A stretch of 58,896 bases of DNA, counting the filler, from Sphacelaria rigidula (lineage: Eukaryota): the NCBI GenBank assembly GCA_964200075.2. It is 10 parts of 10 records of this genome, joined end to end, with 100 filler letters (N's around TTAATTAATTAA, not from the genome) between each part and the next. Parts side by side here need not be neighbours in the genome. Positions count along the whole stretch, not along the records: positions 47,199 to 52,997 come from CAXNAA020024376.1; positions 53,098 to 58,896 come from CAXNAA020024377.1; 8 more parts are not named here. One strand, 5' to 3'. Below, piece after piece: positions 50,608-58,896 of the stretch. The number at the start of each line of letters is the position of its first letter. Position 1 is the stretch's first letter. Below the pieces are notes generated by a model. It was given only the letters and a program-made list of their open reading frames with translations, was not told the origin of the DNA and made no database searches. A program made the translations under genes and the position numbers.

Positions 50608-51990
50608 CTGCAGTATCGCAGCATGTGGCATTGTTCGACAAACTAAAAATAAACGAAATACACTCACCGGTGTTTCACGCACATCTGATCATCTCCATTC
50701 CTGTTCCAAAGTCGACTCGAGCCGAGTGCAGTGCAGTGCAGTGCAGTGCACTTCAGTGCAGAGCAGTATAATACAGAAAACACAGCCCAGTCCAGAGATA
50801 CCCTTGGAATAGAATTGGAAACACATACCCCCCCCCCCCTTTCCTCCCCGGAGGGGGGGTGTATCAATTTTGGCTACCGAAAAGTTGAATGTTTCAATAA
50901 TTTCAGTGTCTGTGATAAATAGATGTATGTTTTCCTTGCGTCTCTTTGCATCGCACCGTAGACACCATGCTTCCGTTGCGTGGCACTAGCTATCCTGCCT
51001 GCGGACAAGTTTTCACAAAACATGCTAGTCGAATTCCTGGGTGGTTCATGACTATCTGGGAATATAGGAGTCGGAACGACATGGCAATGCACAAAGAAGC
51101 TCACAACGATGGTCTCGGTTCGTACTGACAGTGGGTTGCTAACCCGCCATGACCGCACCATGTCGAGATTTCGCACGATGCTGGTGTAGCGAAGTTACTT
51201 GATATATTATTATGGTTATCGGACTCGTGAGAAAATATTTTGACCGCACTGCGGTGGGGTCCCTGCTGTGTTGTGGACGCCCACCCCCCGCTGGAGAATC
51301 ACTCACACAATTGATTGAGATTAGGGCGAAATCCCTCGCCGATATCACGCCCCCCCCTCCCAAATCCACCGAATTTCACTCCAGGGGCCTGCATATCTTG
51401 AAAGTTGGGATATGGATACCGCCGTCCGATCCAGTACACAACTCAGTTCGCTTTTCCTGTTGTTTTACGTAGGTTGGGGTGTGTCATGCCTCCACCTCGA
51501 AGAGCTCTCTGTTTTTTGGTAGTTATTGCTTGTTGAGGGCACGTAGCCGCGGTCACTGCATCGGACAGGCAACGTCTCGTCGAAGTAGCCATAGACCATC
51601 TCATCAAGTCCTCACGTCCTCGTCGGGAAAGACGAGCAAGACGTAGACAACTGAGTGTGTGTTCGACAATGGTGACACATTACAGACAGGCAGTACTGCG
51701 TCGTAGCGCATCATAGCAGAACTGTAAGCACGGTCACTGCCTGTTGCACTACTGCAGCACCAACAGACAGACAGGAGAAAAGGGTAGCACGGCAACACCA
51801 CTGAAGGTAGCCAGCGTAATTCTGGTGGCCAACATCTAGCCCACCTGCCGCACCCATCTGTCGGCCTTTTCACGGTAGCTCATGATCATATGATCCGCCA
51901 TACTTCTTCCCCTTTTTCGTACTCGTGCTAGATTCCTTCCGGTGGATATCGACTTGTGTACAGCGAGCACAGCACAACCGCAGAACTTAC

Positions 51991-52618
51991 ATGTACGTCA
52001 TATACAAGAAGGACCCCGAGGATCCAGAAAGAGCGGTGCAATCGAACGGTCAATCGAAATGGATCTGTACACCACGGGTCTGAAAAAGAGTGTTCGGGGC
52101 AACTGTGATGGACGGGGGGGAGTGGAACTACTAAACGACTGAAGACAGTGTCTGGGTAGATGTTCAACGAGGCGGATCTATTGCCGTTGCCGGTGGTGTC
52201 TCCCACTCCTGGAATCGAATCGCCGTCAGGCTTATATCGAGTTCGAAAGGCGAACGAAGATGCAGCACATTCCAGTTCCGCAGAAGGCATAGCGGCTGCG
52301 AGCAGCCAGGCAGACACTAGGGCAGACGCCGCTGCTCCACCCCCTCGGCGGCGAGGTCTGCTCGACAAAAACGCACGTTGCAATGTGGTTGAAGCTTGTG
52401 CTATGGCGGGCGACAACATCGCACTTGCGTTGACCGACGGGCGCCTGTGCCACGGTAATTTATCACGGATTCTGAAACTGGATGCGAAAAGTGTTGATGG
52501 CGATGATCCATTCGAAGGAGGGAGAGCCCGGTCAGGTTGGAGCACGTGGAATTCTAGGCATGGGAAGGTCTTGGAGTTGCATCATTCACCTGCACACGAC
52601 GCGCTCATGACACTCGAG
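51991..52618 (+). CDS. 5' exons of an unknown gene, possibly HPS3-like (BLOC-2) beta-propeller
   Basis: ATG 51991, exon to 52077, tag|ATG at 52160, donor ctcgag|gtagac at 52618. GKVLELHHSPAHDALMTLE resembles the HPS3 N-terminal GRVLRLAYSEAGDYLVAIE as I recall it. Confidence 0.4.
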
Positions 52619-53891
52619 GTAGACACTGGCGATTTGATTAGTTGTCGTTGTCTCTCATGATAACTCACCCCGCATGTTTCTGTAGATTGAGCATCAAGCG
52701 CTTGTTCAACTTGCACCTGTCCATTTGAACGCGCTTGGATTCTGTTCCGAGGTTTGGTCGCAGGTGTTCCGCCGACGTGAAGATCACCTTACTTACCACC
52801 CCCGAAAGAAGCAAGACAAGATGGAGTCAAAGAATTTAATCTGGTATGTAATCACCAATATGCGAAAACAAATAGAGACTAGTTGAAGGTAACTTCTCAT
52901 CGAAGAGTGATGCCGCGACAGCCTTCCCCCCCCCCCCCCTCCCCCGCCCCCCTAGCACTCCACCGAGTGTCCGCCCGACCCGCACCCCCACAGGAACNNN
53001 NNNNNNNNNNNNNNNNNNNNNNNNNNNNNNNNNNNNNNNNNTTAATTAATTAANNNNNNNNNNNNNNNNNNNNNNNNNNNNNNNNNNNNNNNNNNNNGAC
53101 GGCGGAGCCCGAGCGGGGAAATGAGGTGTTTTTCAGTTTTTCGTTTTTTTTCCCTCATTTTTTTTTTTTTTTTGGGGGGGGGGGTTGGGACAGTTTTCAG
53201 GAGAAATGAACCCTGCTCTTCGGCCTAATCTCAATTTTTAGATTTGTGATTTGAAACGAAGCATGGAGAACCAGAGGTATCAAAAGAAAGGGACCCCGAA
53301 TTGTTTTTTTCAAAGGCTCGAGCGCTCTCGTGAAAAAATGGTCGTCACCACACCAAGCGCCCTAAACCAGTAAAAATGAATAAAACCAACTTCACCCACA
53401 TTGTTTTGTTGATTATGCCCAAGCCATGGCCTCACAAAACACAAAGTATCAATACACAGACACCAAACGTGGGCCGGTGAGTCGCCTGCAAAATACTGTT
53501 CCGCATTTGTACCGATCCTGTTACTAAACGACCCACTTGTCGGCCATTATTCAGAGTCGGAACCTAACATTTGGTATGGACAATGAACAGGGCATAGTAA
53601 AACAAATTACCACTGTACATACAGTTTTTTCTTCCATGAGTTAAGGGGAATGATCAGTCTTCAGGTATCATTAAAATGCCCTCAATTTATGAGGGGAAAA
53701 AAAAAACTTGTGTGCAGTTTTTCTTTTCTTCGTTGTGCCCTGTTTACTGTCCATAACAAATTTTGGGGTCCAACTCTAAATATTGGCCGATAAATAGGCC
53801 TGCAAACTATAAATTCGCTTCTAGACTGGCCCAGCTCGTAGTCAGAAGATCATTGCCATCGCATCCCTACAAAGCCGGGTTTTCGCCGGTC

Positions 53892-53996
53892 GAGGCTCGC
53901 AGTCGATTACCAAGCACGAAGCGCCGTGATGTGTTCGGCGAGTTGCATGAAGGGTGAGCTGCATTCTGCCGAGATTGTTCGGCCCGAAGCATACTC
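53892..53996 (+). repeat. Dispersed repeat fragment (copy of 1-104)
   Basis: Colinear with window positions 1-104. Confidence 0.85.
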
Positions 53997-54185
53997 GTCA
54001 TCTTGGCAGTTGGATGACAGCCTACAATGAGTTTGCTTCATTTTCTGGTATCGTCACTTTCAGAGACAGCCAAAGTAGGGGGGGGGGGGGGGGGGGCGTC
54101 CTCTTTTTTTTCTTTCCTTAGTTTTGGGACCCTCCACCACCCTGTGGGGGGGGGTGTGCTTGTTTTAGGGATTCCNNNNNNNNNN

Positions 54186-54270
54186 TCCTTTCGAAACGGC
54201 GGGGGGGGGGGGGGGGGGGGGGTGGCCGGGGCGTACTCATTTGTTGCTTGCCTTAGTCGTGTGACCATCT
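54186..54270 (-). mobile_element. Poly(C)-tailed short repeat next to an assembly gap
   Basis: Minus strand reads atggtcacacgactaaggcaagcaacaaatgagtacgcccc, a long C run, then gccgtttcgaaagga (head motif again). Confidence 0.8.
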
Positions 54271-54625
54271 ACCAACCTGTCGGGGAGGATGTGCATGATT
54301 TAGGGATTCACACTCCATGATTGGCGTTGGCCACGACGTAGCACCTGGCGTTTGCAAGCTTCGATTGCATCACCGATAGATACCACGGCGATCCATGCAC
54401 ACACTAAAGTCGCCTTTGCACAAATCCTTAACAGTGTAGTGTGTCGGGTACTTGAGGTAACACCCGCCGTATCATGACCAGCCATTGCAAATGCCAAACT
54501 ACAGGTAACCTTGCGATTCATCTCTTCCGATACGCGAAATGAACGTTTTACGGTGTCGATCTGCGGGAAATATGAATTTACACAGTAGATACATTCCATT
54601 TTTTGAGCGGATGCACGACACTCAC

Positions 54626-57600
54626 CTGAGGGTCCTTCACGATGCCGAGTGCCAGGCCACTGTTGGCCTTGTCGTGGATATGCTGCAGGTAGCTCACGAA
54701 AACGAAGGCTATCGGGAGGACGAAGAAGGGGCTCAGATTCAACCTGCCACCTCAAATCAAGATTCGCAACGGTGCAGTGGACAAAGAAGTTATCACACAC
54801 GCACGCAATGCACAAAAAGTTGCAGTCAAGATGGCAGTCGTATGTGCATTCGATACAAAGCTTTTGATCGGTCAAAATTCTTCAGCTCGGCGTTGCCACA
54901 CAGTACAGTATCGTACACGCGACACGGTGCAGCCTCATGAAACCGTGAAGCAGCGATGGCACAGGGAGCCACAGCAGTATATTGAACAATGACGGCAATT
55001 GGATAAAAACAAGTTCGGAGGCTAATTCACTACTTCAGTCGCAGCGCTGGTCGAGTCCAGTGTCGTTTTTCCGCGCGGTGTTCACGAGATATCTGGATAC
55101 ACGCTGTAGTCTCACCACGCCACGAGGAAGGGCAAAATGCTGAGGGGCATGTACCATATTGGACCAAAGTTCCACACGTTGTAGGTGGTGTTGAGCGATC
55201 GAAGTTTGTCCCTCGAGCTTGGTTGAGAGGCAACTCGCTGCGACCTGCCCTTGGGCGGCTGATCATGCATGTACAATAAGTAAGGTAACGTCACAACAAG
55301 CACAGAGCAGAAACACAGAACGAACAGACGGTTTCAGCACGATGCAGTGTGTTTCTTGAAGGCGTGCGTGAACTATATCGCAACGCATGAGAGGCTTGCA
55401 CAGAAAATGACCACCGACCGAAAAAAGAGGCACCGACGTACAGGATGATGAAGACAAGCGGCCCAGCTGCAGCCTGTAATATGAGCCAACTCGCATCGCC
55501 AATCATCACTCACAACCCTAGTAGCCAGCCCTCGCCATCAGTAGAGCTTATCATCTACACTCTTCTCCCCTCTCGGGAGATTTTTTGAACGCTGGCAACA
55601 CCAGATTCATTAGACTCAACAGAAAAAATGAATATACCTCACGGTTCAGTGTCAAAAGCAAGAGAGGCGTAACACGGTATCACCTCATCATTTTACGGTG
55701 TGAAAATACGAGGTTTGATAGTTTGAACGTATTTCAAAACGATGAATCTTACCGCGTGGCCTGCAGCTCTCCTGCGGAAATCTTCCCTTCCTTTTTTCTC
55801 TTCCACAGCCGCCTCGTCCTGTGCGTCGCGGATCGACTTCGGGACTTTGTCGGCTGCGCCGACCACGAGAATCCTGAGCAGCAGCAGAACATGCTCTACT
55901 ACCAACACCAGCATCACCTGCACACGCAAGTTCATCGTTTTTCAATCGGACCGTTCGTTGTCAGGGAATTCTCGAGCCACCGTATTTGAGAATGCCACCA
56001 AGTCCATCAGACCCTGTACTGCTGCTCTTCAGAATTCAAAGGTTTGACTCAACATCGTATCAGACGATCATACCATCAGCACAGACGCAAATCAAGCTGG
56101 TTGCTGAGGAGTGTACAACAATCTCAAGCCGGGGAACGACCACAACAAATAAACGTGCTTCGGCTCGTGAACCAGCATGTGAAGGCCTTCCCATACGCAA
56201 TTCGCATCCACAAAATCCAGTATATCGATCTACCGTTCACCTGCCCCTGCGTGGATCCCATGTGTACGGACAATTTTTCCGGCACGTAAGACGACACGTT
56301 ATCAGACATTACCACCATGAGGAGATTGGTGAGGCACGCAACAACGGCGATGATTTCCAGGCACAGCTGCCACGCTCCGATGGATGACTCAGCGTGCGCC
56401 TGGATGAGGGCGAAAATAAACAGAAAAACAAGCAAAGAGGGGCACGAGTTAGATCGCACGACCAACGCGAGTTGTCAAGGTACAGTCATTTCTCTCACGT
56501 CGATTTCTTCAAACATGAGTAACGTCCACTCATGCTAGTGATTTACAGCAAGCAGAGCGGTCTACTAACCGTGCAGAGGACGACTGTTCGGAGTTGCCGA
56601 GCTTCGATGGAAACAACTGTACAGGTGGGTCCGAAAAAGCGCGTCGAAATCACCGCAATGATAGCACTGTAGAACCACCCCCAAACGTTCAAGATTACCA
56701 AAAAAACACATCGGAGAGCTGAATGGAGGAACACCTGTCCAAGAGGAACGCGCACGCCCGAGTCGGTAGAGAACATGACACCCTCATCACGTCACAAAAC
56801 GACGATCGACCCCCCGAATCAAGCAAAACCAGACCATACCGAGATCATCAACCGTCGACCACGGCAAAAAGGCCTCGCCTACGGTGCTCTGTTCATCATA
56901 CTCTGTTAGGGCGGTACGTCAACAAAATGTAAGTTTTTCAACAAGAACATTGACCGAACACTTTTGAGCTGAGAAGAGTCATCCATCATCTACCTGTGCT
57001 ACCTACTCGGGTTTTACAGGGTCCACACTTCAGTACCATGACCATAACCAACGAAAGGCGAGAAAACACACCGGAGGGCGCTTGGTCTTGAGGAGCATAC
57101 TGAGGTCGAGCCGGACCTCCCAGATGTTGTTAAGCATGGCGAATAGGGGCGCCAGGGGGAACACGGAGCCGAACATGGCGAGGTATCCGAACTGAAGCAC
57201 CATCTCTAGGTAGTCTGACTCCACGCTGGCAGGGTCCATCTTGAGCTCGTCGAACACATCTTCGGCACTCACGGTGCCAGTGTGCTTCACGATGTAGCGC
57301 GGCTCCATGGGGGGCTGTCGAAGGGTGGCGAATTGAACAAAAAAATAGAAAGAGAGAGATTCAAATTGTTGACTCACGTGAGCAAGTGAGAACAATTTCA
57401 CAGTACGCACCATGGGAAGGAGAAAGGTGCATTCATCAATTAAACGAAGACGGCTAGCGTGCACGGTGAGAACAAGCTTTTTTTGCGACGATCAGGAACA
57501 CCAACATCGCCACGGTATCAGCCGGGGAGCACATTCACTTACGGTGAGTCCAGAGAGACGACGTCCACACTCCTGCAAGCCAAGAGTGGAGTACAATTGT

Positions 57601-58278
57601 GATTGGAACTAATGCAGCAAGATGATAATCTCACGAGCACGGCTCACACAACCTTTCAAAGGATACAAGACATGGCACAGCAGGGAAAGGCGTGAGCGTG
57701 CGAGCAGGTGTGGATCGACAGCTGGCGAGCGAAAAGACGAACGTGACTGACACCAAAAGGGTGAAACCCCGGTATTGGTTGATCCCGCTTTTGTATCTTC
57801 TCACGTTTTTTTTTTCCTTGCGGTCCTTGAGCTTGCGCATCACCACCGGCTGGTACTTCTCCACGAGCTGCGCGATGAACTGCTTCACCATCAGCATGGT
57901 CGTGAGCAGAGACCGCAGACGGTTCAGGTCCTTGAGCCAGAAGGCCACGTAGAAGAGAGCGCAGTACGAGTTTATGAACTGGAACGCGAACATCTGAACG
58001 GCGACAAAGAAACCAAGCACGAAATGCAAACGAAGCGATCAAGTATGATGGGTGCGCAACCGTGGAAATGGAAAACATACCCGTGTGACATCACACCGTA
58101 CGACTCGTGCGTCCTGTACCTTTATGACGAGCATATTCTTCTTGCGGACGTCCGTGGAGTGTTCCTCGAAATTGTTGAGAGCCTTCGCCAGAACGCCGTA
58201 CAGAGCACCGTTCACAATCGGAACGATGCTGTACGCGAGCAGAGGAATGTACTGCCGGTACGAGTCCTGCCCGTACAC
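54626..58278 (-). CDS. Anoctamin/TMEM16-family protein (ANO10/TMEM16K-like) with C-terminal membrane-hairpin extension, partial
   Basis: GT-AG exons 58278-58120, 57993-57805 (FAFQFINSYCALFYVAF), 57572-57543, 57314-57072 (DYLEMVLQFGYLAMFGSVFPLAPLFAMLNNIWEVRLD), 56399-56241 (SIGAWQ), 55917-55753 (VVEHVLLLL), 55258-55116, 54743-54626; all phases compatible. Confidence 0.92.
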
Positions 58279-58704
58279 CTGTCATCAAACACGACCAAAC
58301 GCGACGAGGCATGTCGCGCGAGGCAAGAGACAAACGAGCTAGAGTTTTGCACGCGTACATCGGAGAGCTGAGTTGGACCTTACAGCTCATACGCACGCAC
58401 CCAGCGAGGGTTGAGGATTAGAGCAACCGCACTAAGAACGAAAAGTATGGTACTGCTGTCATCTATCCTGAGACATCGCCACGGGAACACCCAACACCAT
58501 ACTGTACCATGTGGGCGAAGCACAAAAGAAACCTAGGTGGATGAAAACACCGTTGGATGCAACACCTGAAAAACGTAATTCACGTGTGAACATCTGACCT
58601 CTCCACCGCTGACGACCATTTACGCTACAATAGCCGTGCAACTTTCTTAGTCGGATAGGCGACATGTTCAGGTGAAGCAGCAGTCATGCCTGGGTCAAAA
58701 TAAG

Positions 58705-58896
58705 CAGGGAGGGATACGTGACCCACGTGACACATTTGGGCCATTTAGCGCTACGTGAGGTTTGATTTTTGGACGGGGCAAATGCAACGTAACGTAATGT
58801 AACATGTCGACCTTGAAGCAGTGTCTCTTGGTGTTTTCCACATGTAAAAAAAAACTGTTTTTGTGATTTTTTTAACATGACACGTGACACGTAACA
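58705..58896 (+). mobile_element. hAT-like MITE, left half (cut by window end)
   Basis: caggga...cacgtgacacatttg...ttggacggg.caaatg.aacg.aacgt...cttgaagcag.gtctcttgg, colinear with 24497-24713. Confidence 0.85.

Noticed and set aside
54309..54346. Next anoctamin exon (cag|VLRRGQRQSW) as the SMP start
   Set aside because: In frame but lacks the expected LPxW..D.E motif and a convincing donor; not counted as support.

Overview
This window is not a contiguous locus. It is ten unrelated contigs (six of 5800 bp, then four of 5799 bp, i.e. size-sorted) joined by nine artificial 100-nt N..TTAATTAATTAA..N linkers, as in an unplaced-contig pseudo-chromosome, so nothing can be inferred across a linker. 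The DNA is eukaryotic, intron-rich and repeat-rich; short GT-AG exons in long introns, interstitial (CCCTAA)n and the copia type suggest a stramenopile, probably a brown alga (inference). Partial spliced genes: DDX46/Prp5 DEAD-box helicase, a GOLD/p24-like exon, a large exon with PLU-1-like (KDM5-type) helices, a calcyphosin-like EF-hand protein, a PPR protein, a divergent alpha-SNAP-like protein head-to-head with a possible HPS3-like gene, and an anoctamin/TMEM16. Mobile DNA: two decayed Ty1/copia elements, two tRNA-headed SINE families, an (AATC)n-tailed retroposon 3' end and several MITE/foldback families. The strongest lead is that the anoctamin frame continues, through phase-compatible exons, into an extended-synaptotagmin-like membrane hairpin, predicting a scramblase fused to an SMP lipid-transfer module (the SMP domain itself is not in the contig). 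Other leads: a ~370-bp fold-back of copia gag, a short poly(C)-tailed mobile unit with a 14-bp target duplication, a central domain shared by both SINE families, and a dispersed repeat carrying telomeric seeds. All exon calls and homologies were made by eye; no database search was run.
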